In this document: positions 42,719 to 57,161 of the stretch, piece after piece
Position numbering within the stretch: the stretch's first letter is position 1
Layout of the letters: every line of letters begins with the position of its first letter
Source: Eledone cirrhosa
Taxonomy: Eukaryota
DNA: 63,620 nucleotides
Direction of reading: 5' to 3'
Assembly (NCBI GenBank): GCA_964016885.1
Contig: CAXHJY010000577.1
Span: 1 to 63,620, forward strand
Notes under the pieces: generated by a model
What the model was told of the DNA's origin: nothing
Databases searched by the model: none
What the model saw: the letters and a program-made list of their open reading frames with translations, nothing else
Translations under genes and position numbers: made by a program

Positions 42719-43409
42719 TATTATGTGAGGTAAAGCCTTTACTGTGAAAATACAATAGTAAATATAGAGTAATGTAAATGCTAAAGGGTTAACATCGGTT
42801 TATAAATACTAAAGTGTTTAACTAGTACAAATAAATTGTAACAAATAGAGACAAAAAAAGACAATAATATCATAACTCACTTGAAAGTATGGGCTATGGG
42901 TTGAACCCTCCCTCATTGATATATCCTATAGACAATCCTGGAGTTGTTTATATAACTAGCAATATTACTGAAACTAAACAAATCTGATCTGACCCACAAA
43001 TGGCTCCCTTCACCTGACTCACATCGGGTGTCAGGTTTTCACTATTTTAAAGAGAACTTCCTGCTTAGAACTTAGGGGGTTCTTAGCACATACATACACA
43101 CGTTGGGGGGGGGGGCACGTGTGTGTGTTTGTGAGCGCATATATGTGTGTGTACGTGTGTGTGTGTGTGTGTGTGAGCATGTGTGTGTGTGTGTGAGCAT
43201 GTGTGAGCACGTGTGAGCATGTGTGTGTGAGCACATAAATGTGTGTATGTATGTGTGTGTATATATGTGTATATATATATGTGAGTGTGTGTGTATATAT
43301 GTGTATATATATATGTGAGTGTGTGTGTATGTGTGTATATGTATATATGAGTGTGTGTGTGTGTATATATATATATATGTGTGTGTGTATGTGTGTATAT
43401 GTATATATG

Positions 43410-43440
<31 letters not shown>

Positions 43441-43537
43441 GTGTGTGTATGTGTGTATATATATGTGTGTGTGTATGTGCGTATATATATGTGTGTGTAT
43501 GTGTGTATATATATATGTGTGTGTGTGTGTATGTGTG

Positions 43538-43568
<31 letters not shown>

Positions 43569-43687
43569 ATATATATGTATATATGTGTGTGTGTGTGTGT
43601 ATATATATGTGTATATATATATATATATGTGCGTGTGTGTGTATATATATATGTGTATATATATATATATGTGTGTGTGTATGTGTG

Positions 43688-43722
<35 letters not shown>

Positions 43723-43755
43723 ATGTGTGTATATATATATGTGTATATATATATA

Positions 43756-43799
<44 letters not shown>

Positions 43800-43854
43800 A
43801 ATGTGACCCAGCACTGATTCACTTTACCTGACCCTCACTTATCACCATCTCTTT

Positions 43855-44975
43855 TATACTTACCAACACCAATACCACCATCACCATGACTACCAACACC
43901 AATACCACCATCACCATGACTACCAACACCAATACGACCATCACCATGACTACCAACACCACTACCATCATCACTATCACCATCATCACTATCACCATCA
44001 TCACTATCACCATCATCACTACCATCACCATGGCTATCAACACCACTGCAATACATCATGGCCACCACTATCATCATCATCGTCATCATGGCTATCATCA
44101 CCACTATCATCATTTGTATCATCTCCACCACCACCATCACCACTACCACCATCATCATCACCATCATCACAAGTATCACTGTCAACACACTGATCATCAC
44201 CACCACCACCACCACTACCATCACCACTACCACCATCATCATCACCATCATCACAAGTATCACTGTCAACACACTGATCATCACCACCACCACCACCACC
44301 ACTACCATCACCACTACCACCATCATCATCACCATCATCACAAGTATCACTGTCAACACACTGATCATCACCACCACCACCACCACTACCATCACCACTA
44401 CCACCATCATCATCACCATCATCACAAGTATCACTGTCAACACACTGATCATCACCACCACCACCACCACTACCATCACCACTACCACCATCATCATCAC
44501 CATCATCACAAGTATCACTGTCAACACACTGATCATCACCACCACCACCACCACCACCACCACCACCACCACCATCACCACCACCAGCACCACCATCACC
44601 AGCATCACCGCCATCATCATCACCAACACCACCACTATCACCAGCATCACCACCACCACCACCACCACCATCACCACCACCAGCACCATCACCACCACCA
44701 CCACCATCACCAGCATCACCGCCATCATCATCACCACCACCACCATCACCAACACCACCACCATCACCAGCATCACCGCCATCACCACCACCACCATCAC
44801 CATCACCATCATCACCACCACCATCACCACCACCACCATCACCAGCATCATCATCACCACCACTATCACCATCACCATCATCACCAACACCACCACTATC
44901 ACCACCACCATCACCACCGCCACCACCACCGCCACCACCACCGTCATCACCACCATCACCACCCTAATCATCATC
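43855..44975. repeat. (CAC/CAT)n block with five 84-87-bp units containing AAGTATCACTGTCAACACACTG
   Basis: Anchor at 44171, 44255, 44342, 44426 and 44510. Confidence 0.9.
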
Positions 44976-45249
44976 AATTAAATCTTCAACATCATCAAAT
45001 TGGCAGAGTTTGTTAGAAGTCAGAGATAATGATTTACAGTTTTTATTCCAGTTCTCTAAGTTCAAATCTGGCCAAGGTCAACTTTGCCTTTCATCTTATG
45101 AGGTTGATAAAATAAAGTTTAAAAATGTAACAGTCTATTCTTCCTCTATATCTCTTTCTAACTTCCTGTCTCTCTCTCTCTCTCAGTTGTGTTCAGACAT
45201 TGGAATGGGATGGGATGGGATGGGGTGGGCTCTGCCAAGTTTAAAATGC

Positions 45250-45745
45250 CTGAGCAGCAACTTCTCTGAATTGAGATATAACAACTCTGATACTATGGAC
45301 ATGTGATTAGAATGTCTCAGGAAAGAATCACTGGAGAATCACTACAGCTCTGCTACTATGGACATGTGATTAGAATGTCTCAGGAAAGAATCACTGGAGA
45401 ATCACTCTGGGTAGAGCTGATACTTCTGAATTGAGAGATCACAGCTCCAATACTATGGGCATGTAGTTAGAATGTCTCAGGAAAGAATCACTGAACGGAT
45501 TTGTAGCTCGGAGATCAGAGAGTCACTCCAGGTAGAGCGGCTGCTACTCTGAATTGAGAGATCACAGCTCTGATACTATGGACATGTGGTTAGAATGTCT
45601 CAGGAAAGAATCACTGAACGGATTTGTAGCTCGGAGATCAGAGAGTCACTCCAGGTAGAGCGGCTACTTCTCTGAATTGAGATATCACAGCTCTGATATT
45701 AAAGGTATGTGGTTAGATGTCTCAGGAAAGAATCACTGACCAGAT
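45250..45745 (+). pseudogene. RTE-like fragment, irregularly tandem-duplicated about 5 times
   Basis: EIRESLQVERLLL*IERSQL*YYGHVVRMSQERIT resembles the RTE 'LRW.GHV.RM' region. Confidence 0.7.
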
Positions 45746-47020
45746 GAGACATTGGTCAGCCTGAGGGGCTATATTAGAATACATGGGATCCGTAAACCTT
45801 AGTGAAGGCAACCCATCTAGGAGAGTAAACACTCCAAATAAGAACTGATACAAGATGGAGATGACTCTTGAGTCCAGTAAGACAACCTCAGTAATTCTGG
45901 TGGCATAAATAATGCACCTAGTCCATGGAAGGGTATACACCCAGTCCAGGGTGTACAGTGGTTGATGAAAGCAAAGGAAGCCAGCTAGAAAAAGCCTGCC
46001 AAAATTATGGTAAGCACGACAAATAAGATTCATTATTGTGCCAAAAAATAGAAACAATTATTATCCATCCAACCCATGCAAGTGTGGTAAAACAGACATG
46101 ATGACGGTGGTGGTGGAGGTGATGACGGTGGTGGTGGAGGTGATGACGGTGGTGGTGGTGGTGGAGGTGATGACAGTGGTGGTGGTGGAGGTGATGACGG
46201 TGGTGGTGGTGGAGGTGGTGGAGGTGGTGGTGGAGGTGGTGGTGGTGGAGGTGATCATGGTGGTGGTGGTGGTGGTGATGATGACGGTGGTGATAATTGT
46301 GGTTGTGTTGATGATGATGATGGTGGTGGTGGTGGTGGTAGTGATGGTAATGGTGATGATGATGGCGGCGGTGGTAGTGATGGTGACAATGATGATGGTG
46401 GTGGTGATGGTAATGATGACGGTGATGGTGATTGACGCTCATGATGATGATGATGATGGTGGTGGTGGTGATGACACTGATGATGGTAATGATGGTGGTG
46501 CTGGTGCTGGCAATGATGATGATGGTGGTGGTGGTGCTGCTGGCAATGATGATGGTGGTGATGACGACGCTGCTGATGCACCCATAGAACAACCGCCCAC
46601 ACCCCACGCCCACCCCCAAGCAAACATCTTACTCTGACATCTCCCACATCTGCCCCAAACACCAAACACCAAACGTAATGGACCAATCAGAAGAAATCTT
46701 GTTGGAAACTGTAAATATTATCTCTGAAGTCTCAGAGCCAGGCTCCGCTGGTGTGGGCGATGCGTTGACATCAAAATAAATACTACTTTATCATATTAAT
46801 TGATAATATTGATATCCAATGTATAGCCGAGCGTAGTATGCCGGAACCAATTTGGCTCCAATGAAGGACTAAATTATATTTTTGGATGTGATAACATTAT
46901 ATTTACAGAATGCTCTGTATTTACAAAGTAAATATATATCTATATATATGTGAATATATATAGGTATGTATGCATGTATGTATGTATATATATATGAATA
47001 TATATAGGTATGTATGCATG

Positions 47021-47056
<36 letters not shown>

Positions 47057-47286
47057 TATATATAGGTATGTATGCATGTATGTATATATATATGAATATA
47101 TATAGGTATGTATTCATGTATGTATATATATAGGTATGTATGCATGTATGTATGTATATATGAATATATATAGGTATGTATGCATGTATGTATATATATA
47201 GGTATGTATGCATGTATGTATGTATATATGAATATATATAGGTATGTATGTATATATGAATATATATAGGTATGTATGCATGTATG

Positions 47287-47330
<44 letters not shown>

Positions 47331-47559
47331 TATATATAGGTATGTATGCATGTATGTATTTATATATATATATATATATATGAATATATATAGGTATGTA
47401 TGCATGTATGTATATATATCTATATATATATATGAATATATATAGGTATGTATGTATGTATATATATATATATGAATATATATAGGTATGTATGCATGTA
47501 TGTATATATATATATACTTATACATATACATGTAAATGTATCTATATATATATGCATAT

Positions 47560-47600
<41 letters not shown>

Positions 47601-48033
47601 AGGAGTCTGAGAGACTAGCCACAACAACAATGTACATGTCAGAGAATGCCATGATAAATCCATTATTTACCTACACACACATACAAATATACACACATAC
47701 AAATATACACACACATATACATACACACACATATTTACATATATGTATATCAATACGAGACAGTTTTTAAAATTCCTTCTAGTGTTAACAATATATATTT
47801 ATATATGCGCAATCTGGTCGCATTTATGGTATTTTGTTTGTATATATACATGTGTGTATATATATATGTGTGTGTGTGTGTGTATATATAAACGTGTTTT
47901 TTTTTGTTTGTTGTGTAAAGGGCGTAATGTTTTGTTTGAATGATGCTTTGCTCTGGTGTACAACACTCACACAGACAGTCTCTCTCTCTCTTACACACAT
48001 GATCACACACAAATATACATTAGAAGAAAGTAA

Positions 48034-48070
<37 letters not shown>

Positions 48071-48109
48071 CATTAATATTCGAAGAACTCAGATTACATT
48101 TTATATATT

Positions 48110-48140
48110 ACTAGCAGAATGACCCGGCATTGCTCTAGGG
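48110..48140 (-). mobile_element. Helitron-like 3' terminus; the possible matching 5' TC end lies near 49124
   Basis: Minus strand CCCTAGAGCAATGCCGGGTCATTCTGCTAG|T: a GC-rich imperfect hairpin followed by CTAG. Confidence 0.4.
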
Positions 48141-48245
48141 TTTTTATATATTTGATATATATTTATCCTTATCGAGCCTCGCGAAATAAATACGTTTGTT
48201 TATATTTTGTTATTGTGTATGCAAAAATATCTGTACACGAATATA

Positions 48246-48319
<74 letters not shown>

Positions 48320-48504
48320 TAACAGATTAAAGTTTAATCAAAGAATCACTGCTTTCACCCTTAACGGGATCTTCTGAAACTAAAAAAAATCAATCTGTGA
48401 ACGCAGAAGTAAATATTTCGAAAAACATTACACACTATATATATATAAATATAGGTATGTATGAATATAAATATAGGTATGTATGTATATATATATATAT
48501 GTAT

Positions 48505-48824
48505 CATTTCATTTCATCATTTCATTTTTATGTCCGCTTTTCCCTGCTTGCAAGGGTGGGACGGGAACTGATTCTGGCTTGATTTCTACAGCTGGATGCC
48601 CTTCCTAACACCAACCTCATTTACAGTGAGTGCTGGGTGCTTTTTTGCCGTGGCACCTCCACGACCACTTTGCAGTGGAATGATAGGGACCCCAGTCCCT
48701 ATCATCTCATTTCTACAGCTGAGTAAACTGGAGCAATGTGAAATAAAGTGTCTTGCTCAAGGAAACAACACATCACCCGGTCGATTGTAAGGCAAATGCT
48801 CTAACCACTAAGCCATGTGCCTCC
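48505..48824 (-). mobile_element. SINE-B with the TGA-module tail (deletion in the head)
   Basis: Reverse complement of 57162-57494. Confidence 0.8.
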
Positions 48825-48886
48825 ATGTATGTATGTATATATATATATGTGTGTGTATATATGTGTGTATATATTTATATTCACAC

Positions 48887-48985
<99 letters not shown>

Positions 48986-49244
48986 TACATACATACATAC
49001 ATACAGATAGCGATGTCATAATGTCGTAATGCAGACAGCCAGACATACAGACAGATATTATAAGGGTGCAACATTGTATCTATGTATCTATCTAAAAAGA
49101 AAGACTAAGAATTATAGAGAGAGATCGCTAAATCGCCTAATGCGGCCCCTAGGGCATTGAAAATTTGAAATATTTTTTGCTCAAAACACTCACAGGACCA
49201 TAAGTATAATATATATAAATATATATGTGTGTATGTATATATAA

Positions 49245-49326
49245 GTTTATCCTGGGTACAATCATGAGTAACCACAGTATGATCGTGATTTCTCCCGCAT
49301 GAAACAGTTCTAGTCCTATGGAACCC

Positions 49327-49330
<4 letters not shown>
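49245..49330 (-). mobile_element. Family D copy: inverted arm plus truncated tail, within (TA)n
   Basis: GTAACCACAGTA is the reverse complement of 33922-33933, and GAAACAGTTCTAGTCCT matches 33848-33864 in the opposite relative orientation. Confidence 0.65.
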
Positions 49331-49379
<49 letters not shown>

Positions 49380-49394
49380 CATGTTTAAGCAAAA

Positions 49395-49430
<36 letters not shown>

Positions 49431-50094
49431 TCTTATATTCATAAAATCACCCAAAATGCGAACAAAAAGGCGCACGTAAAAGCGCACATAAAATTGCACA
49501 TAACGCGCGCATGAAAGTGCACACAAAAGCACACAAAAAACGCACAAAAACGAACAGAGAAACGCGCGCACAGAAGCACACAAAAACGTACACACAAAAA
49601 CGTACACACAAAAACGTACACATAAAATTGCACAAAACGCGCACATAAAACGCACAAAAGGTGCACATGAAACCGCACAAAAACTGTGTATGGTGTATAT
49701 ATATATATATACACACCATTCTTGTGTCTATATATATATATATACACCATTCTTGTGTCTATATATATATATATACACCCTCCCTGGCTGTCAGTCAATG
49801 TATGTGTGTGTGTATATATATATCTATATACACCGTTCTTGTGTCTATATATATATACACACCATCCCTGGCTGTCAGTCAATGTATGTGTGTGTCTATA
49901 TATATATATACACCCTCCCTGACTGTCAGTCAATGTATGTGTGTCTGCTACAGAAGAAGTCTATAGATATAGTTTATGGTCAGTTGGAAGTAAACCAAAG
50001 GAAATGTGAGACCATAAACTTACTGCGATGTGATCTGGGTTTGAACTTTGAGGTTTTTACTTGAAAAACTCCCCAATAAACAACAACTGCAATA

Positions 50095-50704
50095 ATAATT
50101 GTTCTACTTTTGGCATAAGGCCAGCAATTACCCCAGTGCATTACTGGTACTTTATTTTATCGACCCCGTAAGGATGAAAGGCAAAGTTAACCTCGGTGGG
50201 ATTTGAACTCAGATCGTAAAGGGACGTAACTATGATGGAAAGATGGCTTCCGACCCTAAGGCCAGCAATTACCCAGTACATTACTGGTACTTTATTTTAT
50301 CGACCCCGTAAGGATGAAAGATGGCGTCCGACCCTCTACAACTGCAATAATAATGATTTCTACTTTAGGCACAAGGCCAGCAATTTGGGGCTAGGGGAGG
50401 TCCATTAAATCGACCCCAGTACATTACTGGTACTTTATTTTATCGACCTTGTAAGGATGAAAGGTAAAGTTAACCTTGGCGGGATTTGAACTCAAACCGT
50501 AAAGGGCTGTAACTCTGTGCTGCCAATCCACCACCTTAACAACTATAATAATCAGTGCATTACTGGTACTTTATTTTATCGACCCCGTAAGGATGAAAGG
50601 CAAAGTTAACCTCGGCGGGATTTGAACTCAGAATGGCAAGGGCCGTAACTCTATGCTAGAAAGCATGGCGTCCGACCCTCTACCGATACTGCCAATCCAC
50701 CGCC
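50095..50704 (-). mobile_element. Cluster of four partial or full SINE-A copies
   Basis: TTACTGGTACTTTATTTTATCGACC..GTAAGGATGAAAG occurs four times. Confidence 0.85.
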
Positions 50705-50727
50705 CTTAACAACTATAATAATAATAA

Positions 50728-52085
50728 TGATAGAAATAGCATTACTAGGCACTGCACACATTTTACAAAAAGTACTATCAATACCATAGGAACAACATCA
50801 GCAAAAACTACACTGCACTTACCCAAGGTGCACAGAGCTGTGCTCGGTAAAGCAGTAATGACAACAATAATAATGAAAAAAAATGCCTTCTAATAGATGT
50901 ATCTACTTACAAATATATACAGCATACAAAAGATAGCACTACTAGGTACTGTATATATATTATATAGAGTACCACAGGACATACAAATATATACATCATA
51001 CAAAAGATAGCACTAGTAGGTACTGTATATATATTATATAGAGTACCACAGGACTTACAAATATATACAACATACAAAAGATAGCACTACTAGGTACTGT
51101 ATATATATTATTTAGAGTACCACAGGACTTACAAATATATACAGTATACAAAAAATAGCACTACTAGGTACTGTATATATATTATATAGAGTACCAGAGG
51201 ACTTACAAATATATACAACATACAAAAGATAGCACTAGTAGGTACTGTATATATATTATATAGAGTACCACAGGACTTACAAATATATACAACATACAAA
51301 AGATAGCACTACTAGGTACTGTATATATATTATATAGAGTACCACAGGACTTACAAATATATACAGTATACAAAAGATAGCACTAGTAGGTACTGTATAT
51401 ATATTATATAGAGTACCACAGGACTTACAAATATATACAACATACAAAAGATAGCACTACTAGGTACTGTATATATATTATATAGAGTACCACAGGACTT
51501 ACAAATATATACAGTATACAAAAGATAGCACTAGTAGGTACTGTATATATATTATATAGAGTACCACAGGACTTACAAATATATACAACATACAAAAGAT
51601 AGCACTACTAGGTACTGTATATATATTATATAGAGTACCACAGGACTTACAAATATATACAGTATACAAAAGATAGCACTAGTAGGTACTGTATATATAT
51701 TATATAGAGTACCACAGGACTTACAAATATATACAACATACAAAAGATAGCACTACTAGGTACTGTATATATATTATATAGAGTACCACAGGACTTACAA
51801 ATATATACAACATACAAACGATAGCACTAGTAGGTACTGTATATATATTATATAGAGTACCACAGGACATACAAATATATACAGCATACAAAAGATAGCA
51901 CTACTAGGTACTGTATATATATTATATAGAGTACCACAGGACTTACAAATATATACAACATACAAAAGATAGCACTACTAGGTACTGTATATATATTACA
52001 AACAACATCAGCAAAAACTACACTGCACATACCCAAGGTTCACAGAGCTGTGCTCGGTAAAGCAGTAATGATGTGCAATAAAAAT
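50728..52085 (+). pseudogene. Two R4/Dong-like (restriction-like endonuclease clade) LINE 3' ends, the second with an internal array
   Basis: IALLGTAHILQKVLSIP* is the R4/Dong C-terminal motif. The same 3' UTR occurs at 50790-50860 and 52000-52070, in an (AAT)n context. Confidence 0.75.
50905..51998. repeat. 74-bp minisatellite, about 15 copies, R4/Dong-derived
   Basis: Period 74; the unit translates as GLTNIYNIQKIALLGTVYILYRVP. Confidence 0.95.
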
Positions 52086-52513
52086 AATGGAAATAATAAT
52101 ATTAATAAAAAAAGCAGCCCCTATTCTGAGAGACAAGGAATTGGACATTAATGAGGAAATGGTAAAAGGAATTATTCCGGAGAAGGAGCTGAGAACTGTT
52201 AAGACTTGGAAGTCTGTAGAAATGGCCATGACAGGTTATAAAATTCACTGAATTGGAAGAATGGAACTGAGAAATAGTCATGTGAATATATATATAAATA
52301 TATACATACACAAGTATATATATCAATCATAGATTGGTGTGTGCATATGTGTATATATATTTACATACACACAAATCTATGATGGATATATATATATATA
52401 TATATATATATATCAATTTTCTGTGTGCATGTGTGTATATGTATATATATATTTATATCAATCATAGATTTGTGTGTAACAGTGTAATATATATATATAT
52501 ATATTTATATATA

Positions 52514-52611
52514 CAGGGTGTCCCCCCAAAATGTATACACACTTCAACAGCATTCTAATAAATATTACCTGGGCAGGTAATCAAATTACGTATACATTTG
52601 TTTTGGACATC

Positions 52612-52614
<3 letters not shown>
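52514..52614. mobile_element. 101-bp Tc1/mariner-type MITE in (TA)n
   Basis: TA|CAGGGTGTCC....AAATGTATAC ... GTATACATTT....GGACATCCTG|TA. Confidence 0.8.
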
Positions 52615-52650
<36 letters not shown>

Positions 52651-52833
52651 CATACATACATGTCTGTGTATACACTCAGTCACACAGAAACCTATGATCG
52701 ATATATATAAATGATAACATATATTTAAATAGATAAATATATATATATACATACATATATATATATATACATATATATATATGTATATATATATATATAT
52801 GTATATATGTATATAGATATATATGTATATATG

Positions 52834-52861
<28 letters not shown>

Positions 52862-52864
<3 letters not shown>

Positions 52865-53128
52865 CACCTTGATCACCTTGACAGACCAGTCTGTCGGGCG
52901 CCAATTGGCAGCGCTGGTCACAGCACGTCGTGCCGTTTTAGCCATAATATAACGCCATCCCACTGGCTGGGAGGGCAGGCTGGTACTCATTTCTACAGCT
53001 GAGTAAACTGGAGCAACGTGAAATAAAGTGTCTTGCTCAAGGAAACAACACATCACCCGGTCTGAGAATTGAACTCACAACCTTTCGATTGCAAGCCCAA
53101 CACTCTAACCACTAAGCCATGTGCTTCC
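52862..53128 (-). mobile_element. Full-length SINE-B, tail type 3
   Basis: Same head and body; an unrelated tail ending in (CAAGGTGAT)2. Confidence 0.8.
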
Positions 53129-53537
53129 ACTATATATACATATATATATATAGAGATACATATATATACACAAATATATATATATATACAAATACTTATA
53201 TATATATACATACATAAATATATACAAATACTTATATATATACATACATATATGCATACATATATATATATATACATATATATATACATGTATATATATA
53301 TACATATATATATACATACATATATATATATACATATATATATATACATATATATATATACATATACATATATACATATACACATATATATATATACATA
53401 TATATATATACATATACATATACATATATATACATATATATATATACATATATATATATACATATATATATATACATATATATATATACATATATATATA
53501 TACATATACATATATATATACATATATATACATGTAT

Positions 53538-53779
53538 AACGATAAATTAACGGAGGCATAGGCCGTCGTTATTCCCTGTAAATAATGTGCTCAAAGGGGA
53601 AGAGATCCTGAGCCCTTTAAAATATAATATGTTGAGAAGGTAACACACCAGAGAGAGATATATAGTGCGCTATCAATAATACAGGGAAAAAAATTCCTTA
53701 ACTGGTGGTTTTTTCCCTGTATTATTGATAGCGCACTATATATCTCTCTCTGGTGTGTTACCTTCTCAACATATTATAT
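53538..53779 (-). mobile_element. (TA)n-embedded fold-back element, family G
   Basis: Perfect arms of about 70 bp (53622-53691 and 53709-53778), 17-nt spacer, unpaired 84-nt tail. Confidence 0.8.
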
Positions 53780-53829
53780 ATACATACATATATATATATA
53801 CATACATATATATATATATATATACATAC

Positions 53830-53882
<53 letters not shown>

Positions 53883-53923
53883 CATATATACATATATATA
53901 TATACATATATATATATACATAC

Positions 53924-53956
<33 letters not shown>

Positions 53957-54047
53957 CATACATATATATATATACATATATATACATATATACATATATA
54001 TATATATACATATATATATATACATATATATACATACATATATATAC

Positions 54048-54084
<37 letters not shown>

Positions 54085-54167
54085 CATATATACATATATA
54101 TATATACATATATATACATATATATACATATATATATATACATATATATACATACATGTATATATAC

Positions 54168-54198
<31 letters not shown>

Positions 54199-54352
54199 CA
54201 TATATATACATATATATATATATATACATACATATATATATATACATACATATATATATACATATATATACATACATATACATACATATATATATATATA
54301 TATATAAATGAAAAGTATAGAAAGTATTGTAGCAAGAAGCCAACAGTATTCC

Positions 54353-54394
<42 letters not shown>

Positions 54395-54737
54395 TATATA
54401 CACGTGTGTGTATCTGTCGTACACAAATCTACAATCGATATATATAAATATATATAAATCAATCAAAGACTCAAATCAAATCTCCAGACAGTTCTAAGCT
54501 GATTCACAGACTTGTCAAAGTCTTATTTCCTCTTATTTTGAGGTATAAAAATACAATTCCAAATAATTTTCAAATGAGTTATTTGTTTCAGCTTTCTGAA
54601 CTCCGGAGTTCAAATCCCAGGGAGAGATCTGTCTACCTCGCATCTCAACCTCCACGATTTATTGATAGATATGTCATTCCAATACTGGGCTGTATTCTTA
54701 TTTTTCCCTGCCCCCCACTCTATATCTCTCAGGAGGA

Positions 54738-55428
54738 CAAAAAAAGAAAAAAAGAAAAAGATAGAGAAAAGAAGAAAAAGGAAAAGAAAAAGAAAAAAAA
54801 GAAGAAAAAGAAAAAAAAGAAGAAAAAGAAAAAAAAGAAGAAAAAGAAAAAGAAAAAAAAAGAAGAAAAAGAAAAAAAAAGAAGAAAAAGAAAAAAAAAG
54901 AAGAAGAAGGCAAAGAAGAAGAAGGCAAAGGCAAAGAAGAAGAAGAAGGCGAAGGCAAAGGCGAAGAAGGCAAAGGCAAAGGCGAAGAAGGCAAAGGCAA
55001 AGAAGAAGGCGAAGAAGAAGGCGAAGAAGAAGGCGAAGAAGAAGGCGAAGAAGAAGGCGAAGAAGAAGGCGAAGGCGAAGAAGAAGGCGAAGGCGAAGAA
55101 GAAGGCGAAAGCGAAGAAGAAGGCGAAGAAGAAGGCGAAGAAGAAGGCGAAGAAGAAGGCGAAGAAGAAGGCGAAGGCGAAGAAGAAGGCGAAGGCGAAG
55201 AAGACGAAGAAGAAGACGAAGAAGAAGGCGAAGAAGAAGGCGAAGAAGACGAAGAAGAAGACGAAGAAGAAGACGAAGAAGAAGAAGAAGAAGAAGAAGA
55301 AGAAGAAGAAGAAGAAGAAGAAGAAGAAGGCGAAGAAGAAGAAGAAGGCGAAGAAGAAGAAGAAGGCGAAGAAGAAGAAGAAGGCGAAGAAGAAGAAGAA
55401 GGCGAAGAAGAAGAAGGCGAAGAAGAAG
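54738..55428. repeat. Purine-rich microsatellite gradient: A-rich, then AAGGCA, AAGGCG/AAGACG and (AAG)n
   Basis: Seen directly. Confidence 0.92.
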
Positions 55429-55464
55429 TCAGGTGACCACATATTGCTTCTACTCTATTTTTGA

Positions 55465-56125
55465 CTTGGATTTTATGGCTGTCTTCCTAACACCAACCAC
55501 TTCAGGACAACATGTACTGGGAATATATTGTCATGGCACCACCACTACCACTTTACAGGGTGGACTAGGTGCTTTTTATCATGGCACCACCACTACCACT
55601 TTACAGGGTGGACTAGGTACTTTTTATCATGGCACCACCACTACCACTTTACAGGGTGGACTGGGTGCTTTTTATCATGGCACCACCACTACCACTTTAC
55701 AGGGTGGACTGGATGCTTTTTGTCATGGCGCCACCACTATCACTTTACAGGGTGGACTGGGTGCTTGTTGTCCTGGCACCACCATTACCACTTTACGGGG
55801 TGGCACAAATACTACCAACGTATAAGGTGCTTTCTGTCGTGGCATCAACACTACATCATTACATGGTAAACGGTGCTTTTTATTGCAGCACCAGCACTAC
55901 CACGTTACAGGGTGGACTAGGTACTTTTTGTTGTGGCACCAGCACTACCACCTTACAGGGTGGACTAGGTAACTTTTTGTTGTTGCACCAGCACTACCAC
56001 CTTACAGGGTGGACTAGGTACTTTTTGTTGTGGCACCAGCACTACCACCTTACAAGATGTACTGGGAATATGTTATGACATGAGCACTACCACCTTACAG
56101 GGTGAAATGGGTGCTTTTTTTTATC
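55465..56125 (-). repeat. 48-bp tandem array (about 12 copies) of the TGA-tailed element module
   Basis: GGCACCACCACTACCACTTTACAGGGTGGACTAGGTGCTTTTTATCAT is a diverged reverse complement of the 10080-10615 unit. Confidence 0.85.
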
Positions 56126-57161
56126 ATCACACCAGAACTAGTGTTGGTATGTCAGAATGAGGATGGTATTGATACAAAGGGGAGGGTTAAAAAAAAACAC
56201 ACACACACATCATCATCATCATCATCATCATCGTTTAACGTCCATGTTCCACGCTTGCATGGGTTTGGACGGGAGTTTTCCCACTTGAGGCAAGAGTGGT
56301 TGTCTTGCTCGCATAGGACTGTCTGGCGGGTTTTCTACAGCTGGATGCCCTTCCTAACACCAACCACATTTACAGTGTGGACTGGGAGGTTTTTACCGTG
56401 TTACCTACACGGCCACATTACAGCGTGGACTGTATATATATATACACACACACACACACACAAATCTACACATCTACATGCATACATATCAATGCTACAC
56501 TAACATTCTCACTCACACATATATATACATATACTCACACACATACATATATGTATATATACACACACAAACACACATCTACACTAATATTCTCACATCT
56601 ACACATGTACATACATACATATCAATGCTACACTAACATTCTGCCACATTCAAGCTCCTCTTCTCTCGTGAACACGAAAACAAATTAATAAATAACCACA
56701 CACAAAAAAAAATTATTACCAAAAAAAAAACATAATAAAATCCTCTTTTTAACTACTAAGGAGCTCTTAATTTCAAGTAACTAATTTTATAGTCCATCAA
56801 TTACCCACAAGGAGGAGAAGGTGATGTGGTGGTGGAGGAGACAGGGGGAGGGTAAAGGGGGGGGAGGAGAAGGGGGAGGGTAAAAGGGGGGGGGGGAGAA
56901 GGGGTAAAAAGAGGGGGTTAGGGGGGTGGGGGATAGAGGGGCGGAGAAGGGGGATAAAGTAATTTTTAAAAAAAACTATAGTTATTTCATATTTAATTTG
57001 TTTGTGGCTTCTCAACATGTTTTTTTTTATTTATTTGCGCTTAAAATAAAAAATATATAAAAATATGTATAAATATATGTGTGTGTGTGTGTATATCTAT
57101 ATATACATTTTTCTGTGTTTATCTCTCTCTCTCTCTTATATATATATATATATATATATAT

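Noticed and set aside
54538-55825. Lys-rich and Arg-rich ORFs resembling histone H1 or protamine
   Set aside because: They are overlapping frames of an AAG microsatellite with no globular domain or gene structure.
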